Notes: generated by a model from the sequence alone, not told the origin. 64,000 nt of DNA from Schizochytrium sp. TIO01 (GCA_004764695.1 SMSO01000031.1:3200436-3264435), one strand, 5' to 3'; positions 32,244 to 43,475 are shown, counted from the stretch's first letter. Numbers and translations are program-made.

Positions 32244-34469
32244 ATGGCGACCGAAATCAGCGAAACCTTCTCTGACCGAGAGGAGGATGTTTCGCCCAGC
32301 AAGTCTTCGAAAAAGAAGTCTTCCTCTAGCAAAGATGGACTTGGCGAGCACTCCTCCAAGCACTCTAGCCGAAGCAAGAAACACAACCATGGTTCCGAAG
32401 ATGACTTAGATGGACACTCGCGTTCTCATAGCAAAAGTGGAGACGACAAAAAGAAGAAGAAGAAGAAGCATCACAAAAAGTCCTCACACACCGACAAAAT
32501 TGACGAAGAAGACGGTGAGTGCAGTGATCCCGAAAATGCCAAAAAGGAAAAGAAGAAGAAATCATCCAAGAAATCCAAGCAATCAGAAAATGAGGACGTG
32601 GATGATGAAGAGGCTGCTAAGCGACGAGAGAAACGCCGCGAGGAGCGTAGACAGAGGCGCAAGTCAGCACACTCAGACGACGAAGCTAGCAACGAAAATG
32701 GTGAGGAGGCTGGCGAGGCCAAAGAGAAACATCGCAAGTCTAAGAGTAAACATTCATCATCAAAGTCAAAAAAGGAGAAATCCCACCGACACCGGCACCA
32801 TGACAGCGACAACGAAGAATCCCTGGAGGAAGATCAAAGGCTCCAGGAGGAGACTAAAGATGAGGGTCTGAGTGATGATGGGGGAGAGACTCGGCATCGC
32901 CATCATGATAAAAAATCCAAGAAGAAGAAGAAGGACAAGGATAAGGACAAGGACAAGGACAAGGACAAGGCAAAGAAAGAAAAGAAATCTAAAAACAGAG
33001 ACGAGTCTTCTTCAAAGCATAAGAAAAAGTCATCATCTCGAGACAAGAATGGCATTAGTGGTCAGGAAAATGAAGATGACACTGGCAGTATTTCCGACCC
33101 CTATGAACGACAAGATCTTGATCGTAAATCTGAAGATCACGTGAATGACGAGGACGAAGAAGAGGAAAACGACGATGTTGGCTTCGGCGTAAGAACTCGA
33201 GACGCATTTGACGTCTTCAATGCATATTCCCCCAGTGCTAAGGACAGCTATGAGGGCAAAAGTAATTGCAGCAGTGCAAGATCAAAAAATATGGATGATC
33301 TTGAAGAGCACGACTTAGACGAGGATGCTATTGAGGAAGAGGGTGATGATGGCTCCGATGACGACGAGGGAGCACACCACAGTGGTGGATATTCACACCA
33401 TGTAGCATCTCACCTTTTCTCGGGCATGGACGATGTAGAGCAGTCTGCATGGAACAAGACGCTACCTACTGAAACTCGTGATGATTTGTATGTCGACGAG
33501 TTTTCCAGTGTTCAGGACCCGTCTCAAGAAATGACACAACGGATTCTCAAGCTGCGCAAGCTACTGTATGGCCCTGTTCCAGAGGGAGTGACACTAAAAG
33601 CCCAAATTGATCGTCACTACGATAACTCTGGAAACGTCTATTATTCATTTATTCTTCCTGTTGAAAGAGGAGATGGACTTCGCGATAAGCGTATGACGCT
33701 CATGATTGCAAAATGTCGATCTGGGTTTAGTCTCAAGCCGACGTATGTCATTTCTCTTGAGCCGATCGACTTTAAGAAACGGTGCTCAAATCGTTCTGAG
33801 AGGTACTTTGGAAAAGTGCAGCTTATCAAAGGGGCTGATGCTCTTGGACTTGCCGGGCCTATGCAATACGTTCTTTATGATGACGGATACAACCCTAATC
33901 GAGTTGGTGGTCTAAGGGGCGAACCGCCTGTAGGCTTTGGCCGAAAAATGCTCGCCTCAGTCATTTTCGAAGATACTAAAGGTATTTCTGAAGACATGAA
34001 CATGACTGTCGCTATTCCCAAAATCTCTCATCTTGAGGAAAAGGATATCGAACCCTCCATGGATCCTATAAAAACTCAGTTTAAGACTTTGGCAAGGTGC
34101 CACAACTTCTCAGTTCAGGAGAGGGTCATGGAAAGCGAAGAGGATTTGGAACACCACCCATTCCTGGATACAGCAGAAAACACCTTTATATCGGTAAATA
34201 AAATTCCAATGGGCTCCAAGAAGCGTTTGGCAATTTCAAATGAGTCAAGATTTCCTGTTGCACCCAGTATCAAAAATTTTGAAGTAAGTAGGGCTCCAGT
34301 AGCAGCAACTTCAAACCCTGAGCTTGGTCTTGCAAGAATTGGAAAGGAGCGCTTCTTTGTCTTAGCCCGTTATCCATTCTCTCCGTTCGAGGCCTTTGGC
34401 ATTTGCATTGCCAAATTCGATGCTGCAAACTCCTATCGTTCTAAGTTGGGGCGCCGATTCTCTCTCTGA
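32244..34469 (+). CDS. Tubby-like (TULP) protein with a long K/D/E/H-rich disordered N-terminus and a C-terminal Tubby domain, ~741 aa
   Basis: Tubby motifs YVISL, YFGKV, YVLYDDGYNP, MTVAIP, PSIKNF and RIGKERF...YPFSPFEAFGICIAKFD. First ATG is at 32244; the ORF track used GTG 32217. Confidence 0.88.
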   Translation: MATEISETFSDREEDVSPSKSSKKKSSSSKDGLGEHSSKHSSRSKKHNHGSEDDLDGHSRSHSKSGDDKKKKKKKHHKKSSHTDKIDEEDGECSDPENAKKEKKKKSSKKSKQSENEDVDDEEAAKRREKRREERRQRRKSAHSDDEASNENGEEAGEAKEKHRKSKSKHSSSKSKKEKSHRHRHHDSDNEESLEEDQRLQEETKDEGLSDDGGETRHRHHDKKSKKKKKDKDKDKDKDKDKAKKEKKSKNRDESSSKHKKKSSSRDKNGISGQENEDDTGSISDPYERQDLDRKSEDHVNDEDEEEENDDVGFGVRTRDAFDVFNAYSPSAKDSYEGKSNCSSARSKNMDDLEEHDLDEDAIEEEGDDGSDDDEGAHHSGGYSHHVASHLFSGMDDVEQSAWNKTLPTETRDDLYVDEFSSVQDPSQEMTQRILKLRKLLYGPVPEGVTLKAQIDRHYDNSGNVYYSFILPVERGDGLRDKRMTLMIAKCRSGFSLKPTYVISLEPIDFKKRCSNRSERYFGKVQLIKGADALGLAGPMQYVLYDDGYNPNRVGGLRGEPPVGFGRKMLASVIFEDTKGISEDMNMTVAIPKISHLEEKDIEPSMDPIKTQFKTLARCHNFSVQERVMESEEDLEHHPFLDTAENTFISVNKIPMGSKKRLAISNESRFPVAPSIKNFEVSRAPVAATSNPELGLARIGKERFFVLARYPFSPFEAFGICIAKFDAANSYRSKLGRRFSL
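32931..32970 (+). repeat. Coding hexanucleotide repeat (AAGGAC)n encoding a KD dipeptide run in the Tubby-like protein
   Basis: aaggacaaggataaggacaaggac... translates as KDKDKDKDKDKDK. Confidence 0.85.
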
Positions 34470-34947
34470 TTGTCGGGCAAAGTCTTCTAACTTTAATATA
34501 TCACCTATGTGCGTTTGAACGAACACATCGACTGCAAAGTATCCACTAATATTAATGAAGATATACTTTCTAAAATATTGTTTGAGTAATGAATCGAATG
34601 ACTTGTACTACGTATCAGGAATTAGATTTTGTAAACATAAGGCGAATGACGGAATACCTACCTATCTGGTATAAATATCTTTAATTTTAAAAAAGGAAAC
34701 GAAAAAAAGTTTATTATTTTAATTTTTAATTAAAGTAATGTTTTAATTTTATAATTTAAACAAAATTAATTTTGGATAATCTCATTTTATAATTCTGAGT
34801 CCTAAAATTTATACCTCGTTTGACTGTATCGTTCTAGGTTGTAATTGAGAATATAGTACCGGTATGACCAGACGCCATTGCATAAGGCAGCAGGTTCATA
34901 TCGTCGCAGAACAGCAATAATGACTACAGGGGGAATGCAAGTTCAGC

Positions 34948-35922
34948 TTATAGATCATGATCCGACATGCCCTTCACACGAAGCAGGAACTTAGAGGGGT
35001 TATACTCAAATTGTAAAGGGGCGCCGACAGAGAGTCTTAAAGGGTGGTTGTGAACTGAGCGGCGAATATCAGTCTCTTTGCATTCGAGTGTATCCATGCA
35101 AGAAGCTTCGTAGGTAATAACTTGTCCCTTTCGAGAGAATGTACGAAGCATAGGATCATCTGGGCTACCGACAAATGAAGCAAACACTTCGGGCAGGACC
35201 AGCGTGGCCTCTGCCTGTACCATTTGCGGATGTCCACTAACGGTGACTGAAAGGCTATTCCGAAGCATGCGGCGAATCTGGATACGAAGAGACTTAACCA
35301 AGTTTGCACGAGTGCTAGCTTTGAGCTCATATTCATCAGCTTGTTGATTGGCTTGGATTTTTGCTTCTACTCCCTGCCCTGAACGTGAGCTCATAAGCGC
35401 AGATGCATACGAAGAAGATGAAGACGACGATGAAGAGGAGGATGTCATCGTCCCAGAAGCACTAAGGTGTTGACCAGAGTAACCTATCGGTTGAACAGGC
35501 GCGGGTCTGGCAACAACCCCCCTAACGTTCTCGCTAGTGCTCACTCCAAGTGCTGGGCGATCTGGTTGGTCTACCACTGTACGGCGGACCTTTGTTCTTG
35601 GGTTTTCCTTCCCTTGAAGTGAGCGTTTGGCAAGGACCTCTTCACGAGCACGTTTAGTTGCTATTTCGACAGCTTCTTTCATTTCACGCTCCCGTTGCAT
35701 TCGTCTCTTACGTTTTTCCACCTTGGCATGATAGACGTCTGCACCATGCACACTAATGGCAAGCTTCTCAAGATCCTGCTTGCGATAGAAAGTTACGCCT
35801 CGACCAATGCCAAACATTGACATTTGCTGCTCACAGGGTTGAATCTGCTTCAGGTGCTTGCTGTCAAGAAAATACTCCTTTCGCGCGTCCATTGTGGAAA
35901 GCATATCGTCAAATAAGTTCAT
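34948..35922 (-). CDS. 324-aa protein with an N-terminal XPA C-terminal-like (putative DNA-binding) module, a Ser-rich linker and an unknown C-terminal domain
   Basis: ARKEYFLDSKHL...FYRKQDLEKLAISVHG...KVEKRKRR fits the XPA-C pattern AKxxYxLxxxDL...LY...A..xWG/HG plus a basic helix. No C4 zinc finger is present, so it is not called XPA. Confidence 0.65.
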   Translation of the reverse strand: MNLFDDMLSTMDARKEYFLDSKHLKQIQPCEQQMSMFGIGRGVTFYRKQDLEKLAISVHGADVYHAKVEKRKRRMQREREMKEAVEIATKRAREEVLAKRSLQGKENPRTKVRRTVVDQPDRPALGVSTSENVRGVVARPAPVQPIGYSGQHLSASGTMTSSSSSSSSSSSYASALMSSRSGQGVEAKIQANQQADEYELKASTRANLVKSLRIQIRRMLRNSLSVTVSGHPQMVQAEATLVLPEVFASFVGSPDDPMLRTFSRKGQVITYEASCMDTLECKETDIRRSVHNHPLRLSVGAPLQFEYNPSKFLLRVKGMSDHDL

Positions 35923-37323
35923 GATGTCTAGTTAATCTTCTGAATTATGTAATCCAGATTAAGCTTTTAGGTGCTCACTAGCTTCAAGACGTTTTGCCTG
36001 CACCTATCACAAGCAAGGTCCTTCAAACCCCTCAAACAGAGCGCTACTACGCTTTTAAAAAAAGGTTAGGCGATGCCCGATGCCCTAAGGATGGCTTCCT
36101 CCCCCTGTTGACAGCCGCCAACAGGAGCTTTACGAGGCCTCTGTAGATGCCAAAGACTTAGCAATAATGCAAATCCTGAGACCTTCCCTGCACAGGGCCA
36201 TCGATTCGTTTCGTATCCGCTGTGTGTAGTTGTACGTTGTTGCTGCTTATTCTCTGTCTTCCTGGCTCGCCAAAAGTTCTTCTAAGAGTTATTTATAACG
36301 AATAGGATGCCTATGGAAAAATACGCAGTCTAGTTTAAGTCCTATAAAACAGTACCAAGCAGAGTACTTTACTACGTTTTAAGGGGGTATTAAACAATTT
36401 TAGACAAGTCTTCGCGACACATTTACACTATTCCATTGGTAATTTATATTTATACACAGTTATTGCCATTGTTTATAAATATAAAGTGTTAATATACACC
36501 CTGTTTGTATTGAAGTAAAAAAGTTGAGGTACTAATACTCAGGACCGAGACCTCCATCATCATCCATAAACTTGTAAAATAAAAAGCTCAAACAAACGTT
36601 CACAAAGCCTTAAGTTTCATGCGCGAATCCTTTCGGTCACTCCATGGATGAAGGGTTATGATTCAATCTTTGACAGAAGGAGCTGCATCTGAATATCTTA
36701 ACTCATGGACTCCTCGCAAAGCACTGCAAGAAGAGTTGGTGAAGGAAAGGCAGCCAAAAGTCCAGGGACGAGCAAGCAAAATGGATATGCAAAAGGTGAA
36801 ACTGCTGGGAGCGCCATGAGTTTGTTTGGTTAGTCCTAATTGTTACTAATACGGATAGTAGTTATGCTCTCGCGTTGTTCTGATTATTGTTTTGGAACAT
36901 CAAAATATATCGAGTACTATATAAAGCACTAATAAAGAGCCTTATCGCGCGGTTGTAGTAGAGATGAACAGAAGATGGAGAGATGAAAAGAGAAGCAGGA
37001 AAGTAGATGGATCTAAATTCAAATTCAAATCGTCATCCACCTTCTTCACGTTCGCGCTCAGCGCGAGGCAGCATACCTGCCAGGTGTTGCAGGTTATCTC
37101 TTTCTCTTCGCTTTCTCGGACCTTTACGCTCTTCCCTTGCGACGTGGCGCGGCTCCGCTGGGATCCTTTTGTTTCGTTGGCGTCCTTTGATCCGTGATCG
37201 AGTGGCACCTCAGTTTTTGAGGGCCTTTCTTCGTTTAGATTTTAGACAAACTTAAGACCTCTCCGTCTTTTCTTCTTTTTCTTCTCTTTTGGAGAGGTTA
37301 GTCTGATCTGAAAACTTGAGAGT

Positions 37324-40300
37324 ATGGCGACCTTTGGAGATAACTCAGGCATGGCAAGCCATGTGCAGGACCCTTCAATGCTCGTACAAGCACTGCAAAC
37401 AGTCTATGATAAAAATACACGCTCGGATATTCGCCAGCAGGCTCAAGCTGTCTTAGATCAGTTTGCGAATCAACCTCGGACCTCGCTAGATGGACTTATG
37501 CTTTATGTGATGGCATCGAGGGGAAACCAACCGGATTATGTCCGCATGTACTCGCTAAGTGCGGCACTCCGCTCACTGACAACGCACTGGAAAGATCTCG
37601 CACAACCAGACCAGGAGCGCGTAAAGGAGGCCGCTCTGGAAATTCTTTGGGAGGGGTTGCAGGACCAAGAAGCTATTTTCATCAAGACAAAACTTGCCTC
37701 TATCCTGGTGGAACTCGCCAAACGATCCTGGCCACAACAGTGGCCTAACTTCCTCAACGCGCTCGAGAAAGCAGCTGCCAAAAGTATTACGCGAGCGGAA
37801 CTTGTTCTCAGTGTTTTGAGGGAACTTACGGAGGACTGCACTAACTCTGATTTTAATGCTTCGCTTTCAACCGAACGACGCTCCGATATCATGCAAGGCC
37901 TACGCGGATCCTTGGAGGACCTTCTTCAAATGATTTTCCGACTCTTAGAGAGCGCCCATGCTGGTGCTCGTGATGCTGTTGGACAAGCTAATGTAGCGGT
38001 TTTAGACAGCAATCTTGCTCTTGCCAAAGCAGGTCTTGGCGCTCTGGAACTCTTGGCTGATCTCGCGCCTGTTCAGTCGCTGATCAGTCACAATCTCGTG
38101 GGTGCTGTAAATGCGTTTGCCCAATCTATTCCGGGTGTTCCAGAAGGAGATGGAAGCCGCCAAGTTCAGAAGGCAGCATGGCTCTGCATCACCTCCTTGG
38201 CCCAAAAATCTACATCAGATAGAAACACTTCAGTAGATATGCTCGGTTTTGCTTGCTCCATGACAAATGTTGTAGCGGGCTCGTTCAAGCTCGCTCCTTT
38301 GCGAGGGCTGGTTTCCACTCAACGAGAATGTGCTTCTTTGGACGCAATATGGCCTCTATACTCACTGCCTAATGATGACAGTACCGACCAAGTAGAATCT
38401 GCTCTTCTTGACATGGAAGAGGTACATGTTGCCCTTGCTCAGGCAGTTACACAAATGACGAATCAATACTTTGCACAACTTTTGAGCGAGGCTGATGCAA
38501 ATAGGGCAGGTGATGGTCCTCGTGCACGCGAAGCTTTGGCTAATCTATTGCAAATGTTGATGCAATTACTTTGCCAGCCTAGTGTCAGAGTGCGAAGCGC
38601 TTCAATCAATGGCTGGCTCTTCCTTTCACGAACATGGCAATCAGAAGAAGAGAAGCGTGCGCCCTCGGTGTCTACACCTGAAGGATGCGCATTGCTTGAA
38701 AGGCAAATTGTTCTGATCTGGCGTTGCCTTGCTGATCATATCCTCACGCTTGGTGCTCCTGATTCCCCATCTTCTCCACTTTGGCCTGCAGCCGCATTTG
38801 CCTTGGAAGCATATGATGACCATAGTGATTTTATCGCCGCAATGGATGCAACGAGAGCCCAGACTTTGCTTGTGATGCAGGCTCTGACCAAACTTTCTCC
38901 TGTTAATGCTTTGCGCTTTCTTCGTTTACGGATTGCGTTAGTTCGCTCTCCACCTTCTTCTCCGCCTGATGATGCTTCTCTGGGCCAGGGGGTACGGGCT
39001 TTGCACGTGGAGCTAGACGACTCCAGGTTCTTCTCCAATGACGACTCCTTCCCCGAAGGCGTGGAGCTCGAAAGCCCACGCCAGGCCTATGTTACAGGTT
39101 CTCTAGTATGGCTCGTTGACGGAATAGTGCGCGACGTTGCAAATGATATTTTTGCTCAATTTGGTCAACTCAACCAACTTGGACAACAAGCCAACAACAC
39201 AAGTGCTGGCCAGGCTGCGATTGAACTTCGTCTGGTTCTTGAGGAAGTTCTCAGTTTCAATGAGCGTGCTGTCGGCGACGCACTAGGCGTTTTGCACGTT
39301 CTCTCGCGCCTGAGCAAGTGTTATGGATCGACTCCAGATGGTCCTTCTACATTTTTGTTTCCTGTTCTGAACAAAATGTTTTCTTGTGCTACTTTTCACA
39401 AACCAAATGAGCAAGGTGATGTACCATACTCTGCTGATACATTGAGTATTCGTAAGCGTGCTGGCAGCGCCTTGCTGGAGATCTGTACTCAACTTGCTGA
39501 AGGCAACGCATCTTCCCCGGAAATCCGTGCTCACATGGCTTCGCTTTTGCCAGCATTTTGCGAAAATGTGCTGAATGTGCTAAATGCAAGCGGTGCAAGG
39601 ATAGAGAATCAGGAGAAGATTGTTTTGCATGAGGTTCTTGTAGTTGTAAGCAACACTCTCCCAAGCGGCGAGGAACAGGATCGTTTTATTGGGGAACTCG
39701 TTGCTCAGCCCCTGCGGACCTGGACATCGCCTGAAATGACTCAAATAGGCTCGTCTCCAGAAAATTTGGCTGCTGCTTTGAGACGATGCGAACGTGACCA
39801 AACACTACAAGAAGGACGGCGTTCACTTTCTCTTTTACTTGCAATGGCGCGGCGCACGAAGGGTCGCACAGGTTATGTGCGCCCATTTGCACGATATTGG
39901 GCAGATATCCTCCCGAACATGTTTAACTTTGTTCGCTCATTGCATGCCCTATCTCGGGAGCGTGCTAAATATCAAGATTTGCTTTTCGTTCATCCTGACG
40001 AAATGCGCGTTATGATGGGCAAGTTTGGAGGAACTAATACAACATGGCCAGACAGCGCGAACAATATCTATGTACTACATGCATTGAACCAGCTCCGTGA
40101 AGTTTTGTATTCTGGTATTGGTCGGGCTGCGCGGTACCAAATGGTAGGCGCCTTTGGTTTTCCGCAAGCCAAGGAGTTGCTCAGCGAAGTACTTCTTTCC
40201 AACCTGGAGTACTTGGAAAATCGCTTTATCTATCGTTTGATTCAAGGACTTGTCGTGCCTTGTATCATGTCTTGCCCCACAGACTTCATTGACCCGTTTC

Positions 40301-41394
40301 TACTGCCTGTCATGCAACGCTTTGTAAGCCATCTGTTTATGCGACTTGATCGCTCATGGCCTTTACTACGTGGCGAGCAGCCTCGCCAGCAATTGGATGG
40401 CCGACACTGGCATAGCACATTGGATATCACAATCGATTTCACAACGGAATCTTCTGATGGATCTCCTTCTGGACAGTCACGGCCGGTGTGCTCTTCACAC
40501 GAGTGTGGAGCATGCCCGCGTTGCCAACAAACTGACATATTCCGGGACATCACTATCCGCTCCCTCTCGACTGGACTGGTTGATATTCTTGGCGTGTTGC
40601 TGAAGACTGAGCCAAATAAGCCAACCGAGGACCCCCGCAAGGTCATTGCATCTGACATTGCTTGCCGCGTTCTGGACAATGATGCGGTTGCTGCACCAAT
40701 ACTCCTCTCGTTGGCTGGCTGCCTCGGTAGCACCCATGCCGCCTGTTGTTCACGTGCCGCAACAGTTTTGAGGCAAATTTTTTATGCTTGTCTGGTCCCG
40801 CGCCAACGTTTGCACAGATTTGTTGCTAATGAGCTGTTCTGTGCATGCTTTGGCGCCCTATTTCGTCCACGAACTTTGGTAGTTGAATCTGCAGCCCAAG
40901 TTATTCTGCAGGTCTTAACAAACACATGGGTGTTAGCGGGCGCGCCCGGAGGCAAAATGCCAGATGAGTTCCAAGAAACCTCGTTTGACTATGGCCGAGA
41001 ATATCTGCAGAGCATTCATCAGCATTTGTTTGCCGGCGTTCCAAATTTGCAGCAAGAGCACATCCAACATACCGAGGCTGCTATGGCAAAAGCAACCACA
41101 GACAAGACTCGCCGTCAACGCTGTAAGGACTTTGTATGGAAGTGCATCTTTGAAATTCAGCCTGAGTCGATGCGGCCACTGCCTTCACAAAACCCCTTCA
41201 ATTCGAAGACCCACGGAAAAGCAGAAATTGAGGGCTTGTCGAATCAGAATGACAACGAAATGAGCGGAGACGCAACCGGATGGCAGCGTGCCGAGAGAAA
41301 GATGAACGAACAGCATGCATTCTTTGATCGCGCTTCTCAATGGGTGAATGCCTCGGATGCAAATGATATGGGCGTCCAGTCTTTGTTCTCATAA
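37324..41394 (+). CDS. XPO5: Exportin-5 (XPO5/HASTY/MSN5-like), importin-beta family HEAT-repeat protein, 1356 aa
   Basis: IBN_N-like start (LVQALQTVYD...RQQAQAVLDQF) and Xpo1-domain signature FIKTKLASILVELAKRSWPQQWPNFL. The segments VLRELTED, LFPVLNKMF, IRKRAGSAL and LHEVLVVVSN are characteristic of exportin-5. Confidence 0.85.
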   Translation: MATFGDNSGMASHVQDPSMLVQALQTVYDKNTRSDIRQQAQAVLDQFANQPRTSLDGLMLYVMASRGNQPDYVRMYSLSAALRSLTTHWKDLAQPDQERVKEAALEILWEGLQDQEAIFIKTKLASILVELAKRSWPQQWPNFLNALEKAAAKSITRAELVLSVLRELTEDCTNSDFNASLSTERRSDIMQGLRGSLEDLLQMIFRLLESAHAGARDAVGQANVAVLDSNLALAKAGLGALELLADLAPVQSLISHNLVGAVNAFAQSIPGVPEGDGSRQVQKAAWLCITSLAQKSTSDRNTSVDMLGFACSMTNVVAGSFKLAPLRGLVSTQRECASLDAIWPLYSLPNDDSTDQVESALLDMEEVHVALAQAVTQMTNQYFAQLLSEADANRAGDGPRAREALANLLQMLMQLLCQPSVRVRSASINGWLFLSRTWQSEEEKRAPSVSTPEGCALLERQIVLIWRCLADHILTLGAPDSPSSPLWPAAAFALEAYDDHSDFIAAMDATRAQTLLVMQALTKLSPVNALRFLRLRIALVRSPPSSPPDDASLGQGVRALHVELDDSRFFSNDDSFPEGVELESPRQAYVTGSLVWLVDGIVRDVANDIFAQFGQLNQLGQQANNTSAGQAAIELRLVLEEVLSFNERAVGDALGVLHVLSRLSKCYGSTPDGPSTFLFPVLNKMFSCATFHKPNEQGDVPYSADTLSIRKRAGSALLEICTQLAEGNASSPEIRAHMASLLPAFCENVLNVLNASGARIENQEKIVLHEVLVVVSNTLPSGEEQDRFIGELVAQPLRTWTSPEMTQIGSSPENLAAALRRCERDQTLQEGRRSLSLLLAMARRTKGRTGYVRPFARYWADILPNMFNFVRSLHALSRERAKYQDLLFVHPDEMRVMMGKFGGTNTTWPDSANNIYVLHALNQLREVLYSGIGRAARYQMVGAFGFPQAKELLSEVLLSNLEYLENRFIYRLIQGLVVPCIMSCPTDFIDPFLLPVMQRFVSHLFMRLDRSWPLLRGEQPRQQLDGRHWHSTLDITIDFTTESSDGSPSGQSRPVCSSHECGACPRCQQTDIFRDITIRSLSTGLVDILGVLLKTEPNKPTEDPRKVIASDIACRVLDNDAVAAPILLSLAGCLGSTHAACCSRAATVLRQIFYACLVPRQRLHRFVANELFCACFGALFRPRTLVVESAAQVILQVLTNTWVLAGAPGGKMPDEFQETSFDYGREYLQSIHQHLFAGVPNLQQEHIQHTEAAMAKATTDKTRRQRCKDFVWKCIFEIQPESMRPLPSQNPFNSKTHGKAEIEGLSNQNDNEMSGDATGWQRAERKMNEQHAFFDRASQWVNASDANDMGVQSLFS

Positions 41395-42407
41395 GATGCG
41401 TGCCACAGTAAACAAGATTTTCCACTTCATATTGTCCATGCGATGTTTTCCAGAAGAGCGAAACGGTGGCATGCATGTTGGCTACACATTCAGATATTGT
41501 CCCGATTCACTAACTAAATATTTATCATGGATTTCCTCCTTCTCAATCTAGTTGACGAGTTGCAATTATAGATAATAATAATAATGAAGTGTGTTATATT
41601 GACCATCACTGCAATGCATTTATCTCCTTTAGAAAGGACCTCTACACGCTGCCAAGGATAAAAGTAATGAAGTATATTTGTTTTTCCAAGGTAACGAGGA
41701 AGCGTGATTTTTTTTTCCCTGTGATTGTATATCTTGCACATTCTATTGGTGGAAGCAAACCTTTTGCAACTATTTCATGGAGACAACGATGAAAGGTAAA
41801 GTATTCTATATTTCTCGATTTAAAAGGTGTAAAAAAGTATTTTCTTGTTGTGATAAGCTTTCGCGTTTGCAAACTGTTGTGCATCGATAAGGGGTAGGGG
41901 CGCCACAAGTCTCTAACGATTTGATTGACTGGGCTGCCACATCACAACTTGGAATTGAAATGGTCATATATTGTATCTTGCCGATGATTCGAAGATCGGA
42001 CTGCTGGGCTAAGGACGTGGGATTGCATGTAGTCGGTGTAGATACGAGAATGGGGTGGATAGTCTTCAGTTGTCTCGCTCTATTATTGAGCGATGCAAGG
42101 TAAAAATTCTGTAGTCTTCTGTCGTAGTTTCTTCAGAATCCAGCAAGCTTTCAAGGTGGAAGAAGCAGCCGCCATGTGAAAACGGAGCCACCAAGGTAAC
42201 AAGCATGCTACGCGAACGTGAGAAGCTCTCGCAGGCTATCAAACATTTAGACAGACATACAGGCAGGCTCATGATGAATAATTGAAATGGAGCTATAGCT
42301 GGCTGGCAGGTTGGCTTGAAAAAAGAAAATTGCATAGAAAGCACAAACACAGATAACAGAGACACAGGGTGGGAAGAAGAATTGGAGAGAACATCGACAC
42401 GCATGCA

Positions 42408-43475
42408 TTACATGAGGACGCCGGAGCCGCGCAAATTCATTCGAAGTACATGCTGACTGGAGAGGCGCATGACAGTGTCGACTTGTTGAGTGTCAGTAGC
42501 ACAAGTCACGTGCGTGAAAATCTCGCGATGGGGGTCCTCGCATTGCTCCTTAAAAATATCCTGGAACCATTCCAGAGCAGCGTCGATGTCCTTGTTGTCA
42601 GTAGGAGCGGTAGGAAAGAGACCAGAGTCATTGAGGGGAATGCCGCGCTCCAGAAATTTCTCGCGAAAGAGATCCACCTTGTTGAGAAAGAGAATCATAG
42701 CTGAGGAGGTAAACCACTCAGAGTTGACAATCTCATGGAACAACTCGAGAGACTCCTCCAGACGGTTTTTACCTGCATCTTCGAAAAGGGTCTGATCATA
42801 TTCAGAGAGACTAGCCACGAAGATGACCGATGTGACACCCTCGAAGCAGTGAATCCACTTGCGGCGCTCGTTACGTTGACCACCAACGTCTAACATACGG
42901 AGCTTGATATCCTTTACCACAAACTGTTCATCGACAACACCAGTTGTACGGACGCGAGATTTGAGAATATCATCCTTGGAAGGGACCCAGTCCGGGCCAC
43001 CCCATGTAGGGTAGTTTCTAAGTTCCTCGGCGTACTCGTGCCAGGTGTCTTGGAGCTGGAAGTGGCTACGTTGATCCCAGATTTCCTTGAACTGAGGATC
43101 ATCCCAAAGGTGCACAATTGCAGCTGCAATTTCATCTGTCATGGAGCGCTTGTCGTCAAGATCAAGGATAAGCTCAGCATCTCTGACGGCTTCAGGCTCT
43201 GTAATTTTAATCTGAAGCGCCTCACCAGCATGAAGGATATCCATGCAACCCTCAATAACGTTTCCGATGAGAAATGGGCGAAGCTTAGCGCACTCCTCCT
43301 CGGAGTAGCCAGCGCCGTAGATAAGGCGCATTTGCTTGAAGAGAGTGGACTTGCCAGATTCACCAGCACCGAGCAGAAGCAATTTAATCTGCTTCTGATT
43401 CTGCTTCTGGGACCGCATAAGGTTCAAGCTCACGCGCTTGGAGCGCGCCTGATCTACGGAGGTCTTGTTGCCCAT
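42408..43475 (-). CDS. Heterotrimeric G-protein alpha subunit, 355 aa
   Basis: All five G boxes are present: LLLLGAGESGKST, RVRTTG, DVGGQRNERRKW, LFLNKVD and TCATD. N-terminal MGNKTS is a myristoylation motif. Confidence 0.97.
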   Translation of the reverse strand: MGNKTSVDQARSKRVSLNLMRSQKQNQKQIKLLLLGAGESGKSTLFKQMRLIYGAGYSEEECAKLRPFLIGNVIEGCMDILHAGEALQIKITEPEAVRDAELILDLDDKRSMTDEIAAAIVHLWDDPQFKEIWDQRSHFQLQDTWHEYAEELRNYPTWGGPDWVPSKDDILKSRVRTTGVVDEQFVVKDIKLRMLDVGGQRNERRKWIHCFEGVTSVIFVASLSEYDQTLFEDAGKNRLEESLELFHEIVNSEWFTSSAMILFLNKVDLFREKFLERGIPLNDSGLFPTAPTDNKDIDAALEWFQDIFKEQCEDPHREIFTHVTCATDTQQVDTVMRLSSQHVLRMNLRGSGVLM

